Shown: in pieces, positions 22,620 through 37,700 of the stretch
Numbering within the stretch: position 1 is the first letter of the stretch
Layout of the letters: the number at the start of each line of letters is the position of its first letter
Assembly (NCBI RefSeq): GCF_006345805.1
Contig: NC_043009.1
Coordinates: forward strand, 53,940,001-54,004,000
From: Octopus sinensis
Lineage: Eukaryota
Length of the DNA stretch: 64,000 bases
Direction: 5' to 3'
The notes under the pieces: model-generated
What the model saw: the letters and a program-made list of their open reading frames with translations, nothing else
Databases searched by the model: none
What the model was told of the DNA's origin: nothing
Made by a program: the position numbers and the translations under genes

Positions 22620-24016
22620 TTGGATATAAAATGTAGTATCGGTTATATTGATGCCTGTATCTGATAGATCCTATCTTTTTTCTTACCCGCAGGGAAGAAA
22701 GACTGAGTTAACTGCAATAGGATTGAACGCAGATCGTAATGATTTAAAATAACACAAAACATTTTACTTCGTGTTCTAATGATTCTGTTAACATGATTAA
22801 TCTCTCTCGGGCTTGTAAAATTTGTGCGAGTGAGAATAGACGCACGTGGCTTTTTAAACACCAAGAAAAATCGAACAAAAAAAGCAACAAACATTATAAG
22901 AACTAGTGGTGTAAATAAAAACAAATTGATGAGGGGGTTTAGGACACTAATAGTGGTGATTTATACGAAAGTAATTGTAACAATAGATGCCCTGTAAATA
23001 AATTTAGTTTTCAAAACATAGCTTGTGACCTCCATATAGATTTATAGATATATTTGCCTCAGAGAGAACATTTAATTAAATCATTAAATTACATTTACTG
23101 GAATAATTCCCTTCAAGAGATTCAATGACATTCTTCTCATCATCAAAGCCAGTGTTTTGAAATAAATTTTAATTTGTATTTTATTGCAAGTTGTTTGGTT
23201 TTCCAGCACTAATTCTACAAATGCGGTGCCACTTCTCTGGTCGATGTCTTTACTGTCTCCCAGCATGCTTACATTCCATCAAGTTAAACAAAAGCTCTCT
23301 TTTTTAGAATCCTAGTGAAACGTTGCACTGTGGGCCAAAACAAGAGACAACCATATACAATAATTGATAATCCGTACTGCGATCGATCCAACAGGGTTTG
23401 ACTTATTGAATTATTGCATCAGACAGCTTTCAAAGGATTTAACTGTTAATAGCTTTTGCAGTTATTAGTAGCACTTTCGCAGGCAGTAGTATGCACATAG
23501 GACTGAATCATGCAAGTCGTAATGGTTCCACAGTCACAGCGGTTTGCCGATAACTAGATATCTACAGAATGGCGTATCTCCATCGCTGGAATGTTTTTCT
23601 CCGAAGCACCCAGTTACGGTTGGGTAGCCGTTCACTCTCCTGAGTTGATCAGCTCTTTTTGACAGGTTTTGCTTATCGTCACGTAGTAGATCTAAAAATT
23701 GACTTCCTCCCACCAAAATTGTCGGTGTTGCTGCTTTACCCGGACTGCATAGATTGCACTGGTGTACACGATTGCCATATGTAAATTTCTAACATCATCC
23801 GATTTCGGGTCTACTTCTAATGTTAAACCTGATGGTGCAGCCACAAAATTTGGCTTGTAAACAAATATACTGGACGCTGGAACTTTTAGATCACGTAATC
23901 CCGACGTGCTCTGCTTCTTCAGTGGCAGCCGTCCGGTAGTCACATAGAAAGGAACTAAATCTCACTGTCAGCAATCTAGAATTTTAGTGCCCGTTCAGTC
24001 ACTGATGTCGGAAATG
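22620..24016 (-). mobile_element. 5' end of an RTE-clade LINE: 5' region and degenerate AP endonuclease
   Basis: WNVSMLGDSKDIDQRSGTAFVELVLE (about 23280-23200) resembles the RTE APE start WNVRTL.D..D.DRPERRTALV; weaker downstream APE-like motifs to about 22650. Confidence 0.65.
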
Positions 24017-24411
24017 TCTAATGGACATTCGAGAATCTGAAGTGCTCTAAACGATCACGTCTTAACTCGAGTGACTGGCATATTCACAATCCATCATCAG
24101 ACAAGGGTAGGAGATACACGAGGCATGATACTTTGTATATCTGAGTAACTCACCAACAGTGATAGTCAGTATGGTGATGACCTGAACGCAGATTGAGTAA
24201 AGCCCGCTTTATATTAAAAAGTTTAAGTGGGGGACTGCGTACAAAAAGCACGTAATGATCTAAATGAAACAAAAATATTATCAACCAATGTTTACTATTA
24301 ACATGTTTTATGCCATGGGCATGTATTTAAGATGAGGCAGCTAAGGAAAACAAATATAAACATGAACTGAAAAAAAACAAGATCAGGAAAAAACCGTCAC
24401 CCTAGTGAAAA

Positions 24412-24471
<60 letters not shown>

Positions 24472-24489
24472 TAATATTATTATTATTAT

Positions 24490-24682
24490 GAAGGTGGCGA
24501 GCTGGTGTAATTGGTTGCACGCTGGACGAAATGCTACGTTCTGAGTTCAAATTGCATTGAGGTCGACTTCACTTTTCATCATTTCGGGGTCGATAAATTA
24601 AGTAATAGTTGAGTACTGGGGGTCGATGTAATCTACTATCCCCCACCCCCAAATTTCAGGCCTTGTGCCTATTATAGAAGGG

Positions 24683-24683
<1 letters not shown>
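24490..24683 (+). mobile_element. SINE-C (type-2 tail) within (ATT)n
   Basis: aaggtggcgagctgg head, ggtcgac...ttcggggtcgataaattaagt, tail ggccttgtgcctattatagaagggatt. Confidence 0.88.
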
Positions 24684-24730
<47 letters not shown>

Positions 24731-24733
<3 letters not shown>

Positions 24734-24888
24734 GAGTGAGTGAGAGAGCAGTGCATACCATCAAAGTAACCCTGGGATAAAATATTCGAAGCCCAGTGTA
24801 CTCATCATGACAACCCGTATGAAAAGGGTACACCAGACACATGCATCACAACTATATGTGCGCCATAGGGTGATAGCATATCAAAATT
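24731..24888 (-). mobile_element. Family D 3' fragment
   Basis: attgagtgag...gagagcagtgcataccatcaaagt...; (ATT)n on its 3' side. Confidence 0.85.
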
Positions 24889-25801
24889 ATCAGGCTTAAG
24901 AAAAGAGATGTACTGAAATTAGTCCTAGATGAATCAATCTGACATTACACTTATGATCATATCAAATTACCGCTTGTTTGATTTTTCTTTTTTTTTTTTG
25001 TCTTTCACGGAATACAGATTGAGATTTTCGCAAGAATCGGCTGCTATTTGTAACTGGTCGAGTAACAACATACTGGACCTCACAATTGTTGGTTCATAAC
25101 CTAAGATCTCTGATGGAAATAAGATTTGGTAGGTGTCCTTTAGGATGTGATGCTTAAGAACCCTTTGTTAGGAAAATATATCTTCTTCAACTATTTATCG
25201 AACCAAAACGCAAACTTCGTTGTTGCTAAGAACACGTACCAGCATCCTTCGCAATATTAACAAATACTACATAACCTCGATATAAAAGAAAACTGAATAT
25301 ACAAATATAGGCTGACGCGGTGGTGAATGAAACGTGATGTTTGCCTGCTTTCATCTCCTTTATCAGCATGAACCTAAACTGTTGCAACAATAGCAAAATA
25401 TAGAAGGAAATAAATGGCATTATGGGTAATTATCGACTCATTGTCACGTCTACTTTTAACGATCACGTTCAAGATCAAGTGATTGATCTCACTCAATGCA
25501 TACGAATACAGACGCTACAGTCTCAAACTATACGTATATATATATTTATGTAAGCACATTGCACTCTCATTGCACTCTCAACTGACATGACTGTATGCAA
25601 TATTTCTTGTTCAAATTTTTTTAATTCTCTCATGCACTGATACATTCCCGTCTCTCTCCTTCACACTTGCCTTCACTCACTCAAAATATTACACTGGTTT
25701 CCCCTCCTGACTCTCTCTCAGTTTCACTCTGTTCCTATATATTTAACTTCGTATCTATTTGCTTATATGGATGTTGATCAATCAATCTATCTATCTATCT
25801 A

Positions 25802-25928
<127 letters not shown>

Positions 25929-25999
25929 TATATATCGATCTATCAATCTATATGTCTATCTATGACCCACTGCCTTCTGTCTCTCTGTCTGTCTATATG

Positions 26000-26032
<33 letters not shown>

Positions 26033-26055
26033 ATTCTCTCTCTCTCTCTCTCCCC

Positions 26056-26111
<56 letters not shown>

Positions 26112-26442
26112 GTCTAACTATTCATATATGTGTGCCTATGCGTATGTGTATGTTTACCTACCTCTTCGCTGAAATAGATTTTTATCTCTCTATTTACCCA
26201 TATATGTGTGTGCGTATACATAGGTTTATCGTCCTGTCTATATATTCATGTCCAAGTTTTTCATGTCCTTCTTGTTTATACATGTACATATCCAAATAAA
26301 ATATATAACACCAAGTACTGAGGTAAAGATAAGCGGCTAAATACTTGAAGACGGCGCCTCATCGTAGAAGCAATCTAATACGCTATACTATACCTTTAAC
26401 GGAAGACACTAACACACACACACACACAAATATATATATATA

Positions 26443-26489
<47 letters not shown>

Positions 26490-28418
26490 TATATATAATA
26501 TATATATATAAAGTAGAGCAAGGACATACACAAAAACGAAAAGTGTCGCTGAAGAAGTCACAGATGTATGACGAAAGATTTCCGGACAATGGACATGAGT
26601 TGAAATGATAAACTAATAACATTAATAATCGAGCGAAGAAAAATATATATAGTGCGTGTGTTTATTTGGCAACAAAAAAAAATGAATGACCATCTCAAAA
26701 TACAACAATATCTGATTCAACACACGATTTCCCATCAGAAATCTTGCAACACAAATTTATAACCGTTTTAAATATTTTTTAAAACAAAAACAATTCAAAT
26801 TATAAAAACTAACAATACAGGTCAATAGCTAGTGCTGTTACTGTTACTTCAATATTTACTGAGATATCAGCTATCAACACATTTTCTCCGTATATTTCCT
26901 GAGGAAATATTGGATTACCAACTAATAGCGCTAAACATCGACTTGCGATATCTTTTCATATAAACTTCCATTGTTTTGCTTTTAAAAAATATTTACGATA
27001 CATATATGCACACATCTATATATGTATCAATATATGCATCTGTGTGTGTGTGGCTCTGTGTGTTTGTGTATGTAAGTATGTAAGTATACATGCATATATG
27101 TACATGGCTGTGAAAAGGGGAAGTATGTTTAAATAGTTAAAGGCTATAAACGTTTTTAAATGACAATTTCTGTTCGAAGAAAAATATTAATTTACTAAAA
27201 AATATAAGAACACAGCCGATATATTACAATATCCCTATCTTATATATAGGAAAATTTTCATGTTTATAATTCATTATATGAACGAGAATAAAGCACTTTT
27301 AGAAAAGGTTTTCATTCATACTGTCAGTATATGAGACTAAAAAGGAGTGCTGAGATATCTTAATATAACAGGATATTGCTAGAGATTTATAAATTATGGT
27401 ATATCAAAAGAATTTCAAGAGGAATTTAAAATGCTGATATATTTCAAATGTGTGGTGTACCCTGGTGTCTTGCCATTGTAAAGTAAACAACCATTTGTAG
27501 ATAATTCTTGGTGGTATTAGGGGTTTAAATTTGAAATCAAATTCCAAGTAATAAAGTACGTGAATATACATATTTAATGTTTGTTTATTACTCTTTACAA
27601 AGGTCTTACAATTATATTTTATAATTTATCATGTAATGCACCATTTCATTATTTTTCTTTTTAAATCATCAACATGACGTCATTCGAAGCCAATAAATTA
27701 AAGTAAAAACATTTTACTAAGCAAGACATTTTCTTCTAGATAGAAAATAATTACAGATAAGAAGAGCTCCGCGAAAATGTGCATTTTTTTTCTTTTCATC
27801 TCTTCGTAGATCGTTAAATGTTAAGATATTGAAAGAGAAGGCAAAATAAAAAAAGCGGCTATATAGTTGACAATGGAAGATTGTCTAAGTTTATAACTAT
27901 CAGGATTCAGTGAAATTCTAGATCAATCTTCCGAGAATATTAAGGATTTATTTACTTGCTATTGTTTACGTGTGAGTTTGCTGAAGAAAGTTAATTTTTT
28001 TAGGATTCGTATCTTTAACTTACTTGCCTGTATCAGAAGTTTCGTAAAGACATGCATTAATGCATCCTTATAAGTTTTAGAGAATACATGTTATGCATTA
28101 ATAACATATATACGTTTAATATTAAATTGTTTCTCAACTTGTTTTGCATATATTAATCCCTTGATATTAAAAATAAATCTTAATTTTTTGTTGTTTTCCA
28201 TTTTATTTTATTTGTTCCTGTGCATTAGAAATATTAATGTTTCTTACGTTAAAAGTACTACGCAAACATATCCTCTAATTATTTCCCGTTCTAAATAAAA
28301 CACATAATAAAACATTATTCAAATCCCTTCTAACTCTCCCGCCTACGGCACACTACAATACGCTCGCGATGTTTCAACAGATCTCATTCACCTTTCCAAC
28401 GAAGCATAGAGTAGATAT

Positions 28419-28457
<39 letters not shown>

Positions 28458-29279
28458 TATACATACATACATACACACATGCATGCATACATACATGCAT
28501 ACATACATACATACATACATACATACATACATACATACATACATACATACATACATAAATGCTCTCATGATACTGTAAGTTCTCTCTTATACGGTGTTTA
28601 AATAACCGGAACTCTGAAGAAGCAACCAGCACGCATAAAAAAGGAAAAATGTTTTGTTGATTATTTGTCAATAAGTCAGAAAGTTTTGTACAGAATCTAT
28701 AATGCACAATTGCAGTACAAGACACAGTACACTAGTTTATCATACAACATTTACACTACAAGTGTTATATTATGTTAGTAAAACTTGTTCCTGAAACAAT
28801 TTTTCTACTCGTCTCATTTCTTCTATATTCATAATATTAACGGATAATACTGTAATCCCGCGCCATATTGCGATCCACCTATCGCGGTTCACCTATCATG
28901 GTTTATTATTTAAGCTTACGTTGATTCCTCTGTGTTGTTGTTTTGCATATATAATAAAATAAATATATACAAATTATAAAAATGATTAAAAAGATATACA
29001 GTGCGTTACTATTTCTACTTCACGAAGTTTCACTTGCAAAGTGTAAATGTAAATCTATTCTCAGCAAATGGAGCGGGAGTAATAGGAAGAGCTATATCAG
29101 AAAAATACGATGATGGCCAACAAGGCATAGTGAGGATCAAGTACCCACGAACCTGAGGTTTATTGATCGACGTAAGCTCAAAGTTGTAACCGAAAAGGTA
29201 GAGATTCAGTTCTTGGGCTATTCCAGACGAGAAATGTAACTGACACTTGCAAGTGTATTTGGGCTCCAGCTATGGTTAC

Positions 29280-30525
29280 CTCAGATAGAGTGGAATAGAA
29301 AAGGAAAGAACTAACAAAACGTAAAGATCCATACTGGCGTAGACGAATTTGTGAGAAACAAACAAATTTAAGAAGACATTTAGCACAAGTTGGTAGATTG
29401 AGAAGAGGGAATTTGCAGAACGGAAGCATAAGAGTAATGCTGGAAAGGGCATATTGAATAAGAGATAAAGGTTAGGATGTGATACTGGAAGAATTGAAAC
29501 AAAGAGTAGTAGCAATCAAATCAAAACTTGGAAGATATGACAATAGAAAAAGACAGTTCAGGCAAAACAGATTGTTTGAGTCAAATTAAAAAATAAACTC
29601 TTTCAGAACCTAGATGAGCAAATATACGTTACAATGACACTAGATGCAGAGGAAAGTAAGGCATTCAGGAATGAATTTTGCTGACTGAGATAGAACAAGA
29701 TTTAGCTTATAAGCATAGCAGTGAATAAATAAAGCTGCTGTTGCTTTTTCTCTTGCTTTAAATTCAACACCATTTAAACTGGAGGCCATCACTATTGCCC
29801 CATCGTACGTCTGTGATACATGTTTCTCACAACAGTCGTATTTATCCAAATTATTAAATATACATTCTGTAGAGCATAATGATGCAGCAGAGAGGCTGCA
29901 GGAAATCCGAGATAGGTTAAGAAATATAGAAGTACGAGAATACATGAAGATAACTACAGAAATGATAAAGAAAGCAGTTAAGAAAATTCTCAAATTGGAA
30001 GAGCCCAGGAGCGGACGGGATCCAAGGTTGTTTGATGAAGAAGCTGAAAGGGCTCCATAAAAGGATAGCACAACATATAGATGTGTGCTTGCAGTAAGGC
30101 GCAGTACCCTGCTGGATGACAAAGGGATAGTCATTGTTATGTGCCAAAGACCCTGAAAAGGGAAATGTTGCTTTCAACTATAGACCAATAACATACCTTC
30201 CGCTATTGTGGAAACTAATGCCAAGTGCTTTGGCTATTGAACTATACAGCTACCTGGTAAAACGTGGGCTGCTACCCACTGAACTGAAAATGTACCGCAA
30301 AAGGAACCGGGGAACGAAGGGTCAGCTCTTAATTGATAATCTAATTTTCTGGAACTGCATGAGAAAACATACGAACTTGTGCATGGCATGGATTGACTAT
30401 CGAAAAGCATATGATAAGATACCACACTCCTGGATAATAAGAACAATGGAAATGTATGGAGTAGCTGAATATATGAGAAGACTTATATAGAATAGCATAA
30501 AATGCTGGAGAATAGAATTAACAGA
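29280..30525 (+). mobile_element. Dong/R4 RT N-terminal half, degenerate
   Basis: NYRPITYLPLLWKL, GTKGQLLID, NLCMAWIDYRKAYDKIPHSWI in ORF 30134-30490. Confidence 0.85.
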
Positions 30526-30833
30526 GTATTCAAACACACAAGATATACTAACATACACAGCAACTGAGATAATTCGTTGATGAATTTAGAAATCGAGGTT
30601 GGTCTCAAATAAAAAAATTATTTATTATCATGTTTATTAATATAAACATATATTCCTTCGAAATTCGACAGGTTGCTTTAGTACAACTCGTTTATTGTTT
30701 CCTGGGAATATGTGTACGAGTTCGTGAACACTTGCATTTTCTAGTCCAAAGATTTATTTATCCAACATCTACACGCTACTATTGATAACATTATTTGCTA
30801 CGAGATTTACCATTCCTAAAGAAATCAATATAC

Positions 30834-30882
<49 letters not shown>

Positions 30883-30961
30883 GATAGATAGATAGATGGA
30901 TCGATGGATGGATCGATTGATGGATCGATGGATAGACAGATAGTTAGACAGACAGACAGAC

Positions 30962-31061
<100 letters not shown>

Positions 31062-32054
31062 CATATATGTCATGTAAAAAACGAAGTCTCTCGTATCCGG
31101 CATTACTGGGATCCATGTTTTGCCAGACAATTGAGTGTTTTGATTATCTGATCATCTATTTTATAAATTACTATAATACTGTACCTCTTCACAAAACTTA
31201 TTGAAACTTTCTATGCACATTAGTATTATTGTTATTCTGAGCATAATTGAAACGAAAGAAATAGAAAAAAATCATTTAAGCAACAAATATAACAAAAATT
31301 ATTTAAGGAACAAGTATAACTAATAAGATATATATTGGTTTCGAAATAATAAAATGATATTTCAGTCAATACGGTTTTCGGATCCCGTCTTTCTTCACTG
31401 AATCTAAATTTTGTCTCAAGAGTTTACAAAGAAATTGCAAATCATAATTTCATTTCTGTTAAGAACAAAGGTTACCAGACATTATTCAAGAAACGTTATG
31501 GTGGAATGGGGGAAGAAAAAACAACTTCTACGAAATATATAGAGATGGTGATATGAAATTGTTTGCGACATGCATTGCTCCAATAGTCTGAATCGTTGGA
31601 GTCATAAATAGTATTTAAAATACTGTTGGAAAAAATCCATGAAGTTCTAGATTTCTATTAGATTTTTAGCTGCCGTTAACCAGTGTAGACTATATGCCAA
31701 TTATTTATTGTAGAATCAGCGTTTAGTTAACTGGAAAAAATTTTCATGAAATTGAATAGAACACAAAATTTGATCTGTTGCATAAAAATTACTAGTAAAA
31801 TGACGTAAACATGGTAAAGTAGTTCATAGAATTCTCAGTTAAAGTTCGGAGAAAAAGATACAATATAAAATACTTCGAATCGTGAATTTCAAAATCTGCG
31901 AAAGAACGTAAGGATGGTAAGAAACAAACGAAACCTGAATAACATCACTGAACCTAATAAAGACAGTATTTCTTATACTAGAAACAAGAAAACATACGTA
32001 GAAAAATGTTTTTTTTCATCAACAAATGGCACATTGATCTGTTTCATGTTTCAG

Positions 32055-32108
32055 CTGATAAGTATTACGTGGCTGCGTTAGGTGACCACGTCAACCATTG
32101 TATTATCA
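32055..32108 (+). CDS. Candidate isolated 54-nt coding exon (phase 1-1), DKYYVAALGDHVNHCII
   Basis: Acceptor catgtttcag, donor gtaagt, length divisible by 3, only one open frame, no repeat similarity seen. No partner exons identified. Confidence 0.3.
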
Positions 32109-32229
32109 GTAAGTGAGGTAGGGTGTCGTCTCGAACCGTAAATATCTTAAACACTTGATCGTGTGGTTAGATATTATAAGCTGTAGGTATAGATGCTGTT
32201 ATCTGACTTTTATTTATCTATCTATTTAC

Positions 32230-32269
<40 letters not shown>

Positions 32270-32599
32270 ATTCGAATATATATATGTATATGCAGGTGTG
32301 CTTGTGTGTTTATGTGTTTGCGTGTATGTCCATGGGTGTGTGATCGTGCCTGTATGTCATAGTTTCCTTTAGTTGGGTACTTATGTATGCCAGTGTGTTC
32401 TTATGAATGTGTTAATGTATGTGCTAGATCTAAGTAAAATCGATGTCTGTATCAATTCGATTAGAAAACATTTAATCTCCATTTTGTTATTGGAGTCAAT
32501 TGTCTGTTTTTAGAATCTACAATCTCCAATTGATAAAATGAAAAGAAAGTAAAACAGAATAGTCTCAAGTAGGAAATTTTCCTGGGGCACTGCGTTTCA

Positions 32600-32719
32600 C
32601 TGTTGATTTGATTGTTTCACTTCCATATATTCTCTTGCTCTCTCTTTATCATCTATCTAGCGCTCTTACATTCTCTATTGCTTGCTTTCTATTTCTGTCT
32701 GTCTGTCTTCTCTATCTCC

Positions 32720-32760
<41 letters not shown>

Positions 32761-33203
32761 TTGAATTTCCCTTTATTCTTTCTTCTATATATGTCTCTTT
32801 TTTGTCGTGTTGTATTTACTCTCCCTCTATTTTACTCTCGTACCCTTCTCTTCCTCTCTCCCTCTGTTTGTCTATCCTTTATTACTCTCTCTCTCACTCT
32901 TTCCGTCTTTCCTTTTCTATTTCTGCCTCCCTCTTTCTTTCTCCATCCCTCTCAAACCATTCTCAATCATCTCAATCTCCCTCCCCTTCTCTCACTCCCT
33001 CTCTCTCTCTCTCTCTCTCTCAATCATTCTAGCTAGATTATTCATGGTTTCACTCTCCTTTTCTTTCGCCTCTTGTTCTTTCCTCTCTCACCATATTCCA
33101 CTTACTTTATATCCCACTCTCAGCTTCACTTCCGATACATCTCACCATCTCCTCACTCTCCACCTCTCTCCCTGTTTATTTGTCTCACCATCTTCTACTT
33201 TAA

Positions 33204-33255
<52 letters not shown>

Positions 33256-33336
33256 ACATCTGTCTATCTATTTATCTATCTACCTATCTATCTGTCTCCT
33301 CTGTGTTTAGCCCTGTGTGGCCACAATAAAAAGTTT

Positions 33337-33385
<49 letters not shown>

Positions 33386-33860
33386 ATCTATCTATCTATC
33401 TATACATCTGTCTATCTATTTATCTGTCCGCCTGTCTCTCTATCTCCTCATCTGTCACTGAAACTCTTTCTCTCTCTCTCTCTCTCCCTGTATTTGTATG
33501 TCTCTCTCCCTCTCTCTCGCTCACTTTTACTCTCTCTCTCCCTCTACCCCTCACTCTCTCTGCCTGTCTGCCAGTATCTCTCTTTCTTTCCGTCTGCCCA
33601 ATAGTGTTTGCTATTTCATTCCACTTCCGCTCATCTCCTACATTACATATCATTCATTGGGTTTCTTCGATTCTGCCTGCATAGCTTCTCTTTCAAATGT
33701 GCTTTCTATCGGTCGTTCTGTATCTGTCTTTTAAATTCTTAAAACTTTATATTACTTTGAGTTCTTCCCGCCCCTTCCTCTCCTTCTCTCTTTCAGCTTT
33801 TCTCTCTCTCCCCAACTCTCTTTCTGACACTTTGCCTTTCTTTTTAGACGTCTGTGAATA
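32600..33860. repeat. Long pyrimidine-rich (CT)n/(TATC)n low-complexity tract
   Basis: Visible strand asymmetry. Confidence 0.9.
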
Positions 33861-34699
33861 TCTCTTAGTACATACTCATGGAAGCGTTAATTCCACAGTC
33901 ATACACGCATTCAAATACAAATATATATGCACACATGCATAGATATATATGAGTGTGTGTGTGTATGTGTGTGTATCTATCGATATATGCATATAAATAT
34001 ATATATATATATACATGCATATATATACATATATATATATATGTGTGTATATATGTCAGTATATATACATATATATATATGTGTATATATGTCAGTATAT
34101 ATACATATATATTTGTGTGTGTGTATGAATGTATGTATGTATGTGTGTCGGTATATATTTTTCAACTTTCTTCACTCTCATCTCATAAAAAATGATCAAA
34201 TAATCTTTTACTGTTATTCTTAAGTATCATTATCATCATCATCGTCGTCATCATTATCACCATTATTAATAACAGCAGCATTAGTATTGGTATCCCCACC
34301 ACCACCACCATCTTCATCATTATCATCATCACCATCATCATAGGCATCATTAATATCTTATTTGTGACTGTTAGCATTCGGACGTATTTTAAGATGGCTG
34401 AGAGACAATTGGATTGTTACCAAGATTTACTGGGTGAAATGTAATTCTAATACCTGAGTTAGACAAAAGATGACTTTTACTCTTAAATTTAGTTGTGTTA
34501 GAAATGCAAAAAAAAAAATATGTCTTTCTATATAATCTATTCAATATTGAATGTTGTAGTAGAGGTTCTGCGGTTCAAATGAGAGAATATTAATGTGCAT
34601 ATCATCACAAAATAATGTGTTGAATTACGAGAAATAAGATAACGATAATAAATTTTATAAGTTTGAAATTATAAAAAATTGATATTAAGGCAAAATGAT

Positions 34700-37600
34700 T
34701 TACTCATAAACGCAGCTAATCACAACGGGATACACAAAATTTTATATGACGCCAAGAAATATACCAGTATGATAAAATCCAGGTTTTTGCAAATTACCCA
34801 GTGAATATATTGTGCTGCTCTATCATGCCTGTTGAGATATTCTGTTGGTGCAAGAAGACTGCACATAGAAACAACCTGAGCAATGGTTTCGTTTTGTTGC
34901 TCATATACACGACATGTTGTGCTACTGCTGTTCTTTAATACGTTAGCCTGGTAGTTCCTTGTAGGTAGGTATTAATCTTGGGCTGCTATGATAAACCCTT
35001 CTGTTTCTGATTTTAAGCCATAACACACTAAGCATTGATGGATAAGGGCGTTATCAACATCGGCATTATTAGCTCTCTTTGGGTATTTGTCATTGAGAGG
35101 TTTTTTGCCAGTTATGCTCATAACAATATTTGATTTATTTCTCCATTGCTTCTCAGAGATTTATAAACACATATTGGAATTGATACTTTAAGATGCATTT
35201 TACTTTCCTGGTGAACCTTGACAAAAATATTTGTTTAGTTCTCCTAGAGTTCTCTATCTGTGTAGACTAGACAATCCTAATGCATTGTTCCTCTGTCGAA
35301 CTCCGGTGCTTATAACTGCTTTTTTAACATGTCATAGCCTCCATGATTGTGCATATTTTATCTCCTGGCCGACAATTATCTCTAGACCGCCACAAATAAT
35401 GGCATTATCTCCCCCATGCACTCTAATTTCTGGCCTGAAGGCTCCGAACCTACAACTTCCCTAAGAATCACTGAGTATCAGTTTCGTGGGATCTGCTCCT
35501 TAACCTGTGTTGTGACTTACTTCTATTAACTTTGTTTGTTTAAATTTTCATGTATTGTGTTTAAAGACAAAAATGCTCAGCTGCAATTTTCTGGCTTTAC
35601 GTTATGAGTTCAAATTCCACCTAGGTCGACTTTAACTTTCATCCTTTCTGCGCGAATAAAATAAGTAACAGTTCAGTAGTCATGTGTTGACCTAATCGAC
35701 TAGTAAGTATTTGGAAAGAATTACGTAGTCCTATTCATTAGCTGAGGTTCTGTTTCAGACTTTCTGCAATTGGTTTTCACGTCGCTCCAGAATTGGCTGA
35801 CCTTTTAAGCCCTTAATTTATATTTGACTTCACTGAATGCAGAAAACAGATTTTCTTTATTTGTTTTGTTCATTTTCAATTGCTATATGAATTAGTTTTT
35901 GTTTTCATTGTTTTTACTATGTATTATATTTCTATATTAGATATTTCATGACAAATTCTTTCGTGATTAAGACCCCTATTTCCTTGTATCTCTGTTAAAT
36001 ATAATCTGCCTGTGTGAGACCTTGCGTAACCTGAATACTAATATCTTATGTTGTTTTTCTGTCTTGCTTTGCTAATTCATTTAGCGTCCAATTGAGTATA
36101 TAATATCAATAGATTATTACTGGATTTGTACTGCATTGATGTTTACCACTATATTTTTTTTCTTTTTGCATTTACTTCTTTGAAGTATTAAATTAATGCG
36201 TCTATAATATTCATTCTTTCATTTTTCTTTCGTTTCAGTGTTATACTATGACGAGTTCATTGATTCTTAATTATGTTTACGTCTGTTTGTTGTAATTCTC
36301 TTATCTCCGTTTCTTTATTTAGCAAAATATTAGAATTTTAAATTAATTTTACGCTCGCGAAGTTCGTCTTAGTGCACATTACTAATCCCAGTCTCATGTG
36401 AGTTCCTTTTATAAAGCCGCATACTGTCTGTAATTATGTTTTAGTTGTTGATTGTCTTCAGGGTAATAATTTGTGGTCGTCAACGTATAAAAGGTTGTTG
36501 ATTGTCTTTTCGTAGCATTTATAATTGAGTTCAGTTTCGTTTACAGAGTTTGCAAAATGTCTTAGCACCATGCAGAAAAGGAAAGGCGAATGGGAGTCCA
36601 TTGGGAATAAAGCTCTTTCATTAAAGATACTCTTAGTTTATATATAAATCCTTCTTCGTCTGTTGTTTTATATACACATGCCATGTATAGCGTATCTCAT
36701 CATTGATACCTTATTACTTATAGGTAATATTTCTAGGATCCTCCTCAGGATACTCTGCCAAGTGCTTTTTGTAATCAGGCCATACTGTAACCAGATTATT
36801 TTCCCCATACCCATACTTTCTGTCTCTCTCTTTCTCTCTCTCCCTCTCTCTCTCTCTTTCTCTCTTTCCCCTCTCTCTATCTCTCTCATCTCTCTCTCTC
36901 TCTCTTTCTGCACTCGTTGGTTATTCTTCTGTGGATCAGTGATCGCTCATTTTAACGATATGACTCACTTTTGATATTCTATAAAAAAATGATATAATTT
37001 TTCATTTCTAAAGATTTATCTATTATCTTCGATATTATTACAGTTAAGGATTTAAAAGCTTTCGGAAGGTCGATATTGGCTTATGTAATTTATAGTCTGC
37101 GTATTCTTTAACATTAGCTAATAAAAATATTTCTCCCCTGCCCCTTTGAACCTCAGTGAACTGTTTCGTTACGTGCAGAATTATCTTATTAAATTTCTTG
37201 CTTTTTATCTTATGTGTATCTGTTAAATACTTCAACTCGATGTGTGAAGTATTATCGTGTTTTGATGTTTTCTAAACATTATTTCCTTGTCAGAGTTGGA
37301 TCTTTTGTTGGCATGTCCTCCAAGTATGGTTCGGTTGCTGTGTTTGTTATTTTGAAAACATTGGTCTGTTTGATTCCTTCCCCAGATTTCTTATGCTTTT
37401 CTTTCTATTTCTACTGCATTCATTTCTAACGTAGTTCTCAATGAAATCATTTCGAATCCGCGACGAAATCGTCTGATTGAAATAATTGTTGTGCCGCTAC
37501 AAAGATAAACACGAATTTATTCCGATTCTTCAATGATCTCCCTTTCAGATGTTCTTTGATTTTCGGGTACGTTTTATTGTTATGTTATATTCTATAGTGT

Positions 37601-37700
37601 TGATCTCTCTTTTCTGTTTACTTGTTTTGTTTCCTATTGACTTCGTTACGTTTAGTGAAATCTCATTTTCTGTACTTGCTTTACATGCTGTTTTTGATGG
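34700..37700 (-). mobile_element. Long degenerate Dong/R4 LINE interrupted by a SINE and (CT)n
   Basis: Minus strand: ALFPMDSHSPFLFCMVL...TINNLLYVDDHKL (about 36620-36460) and GLKSETEGFIIAAQD*YLPTRNYQANVLK (about 35020-34930). Confidence 0.75.
35570..35705 (+). mobile_element. SINE-C nested in the Dong/R4 remnant
   Basis: gagttcaaattccacctaggtcgactttaactttcatccttt. Confidence 0.8.

Noticed and set aside
23534-23943. ORFs MTTGRLPLKK... and MVGGSQFLDLL... as a host gene
   Set aside because: They lie immediately upstream of an RTE endonuclease start, and part of the region is repeated at 18724, so they are better explained as LINE 5' sequence.
26892-26910. Inverted repeat atatttcct-g-aggaaatat, and ctgcagtaaa-tta-tttactgcag at 12438-12460
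   Set aside because: Arms of 9-10 bp are expected by chance in 64 kb of AT-rich DNA.
33206-34110. Small local duplications within (TATC)n (33250 vs 33400) and a ~36-bp unit twice at about 34040-34110
   Set aside because: Ordinary slippage products inside microsatellites.
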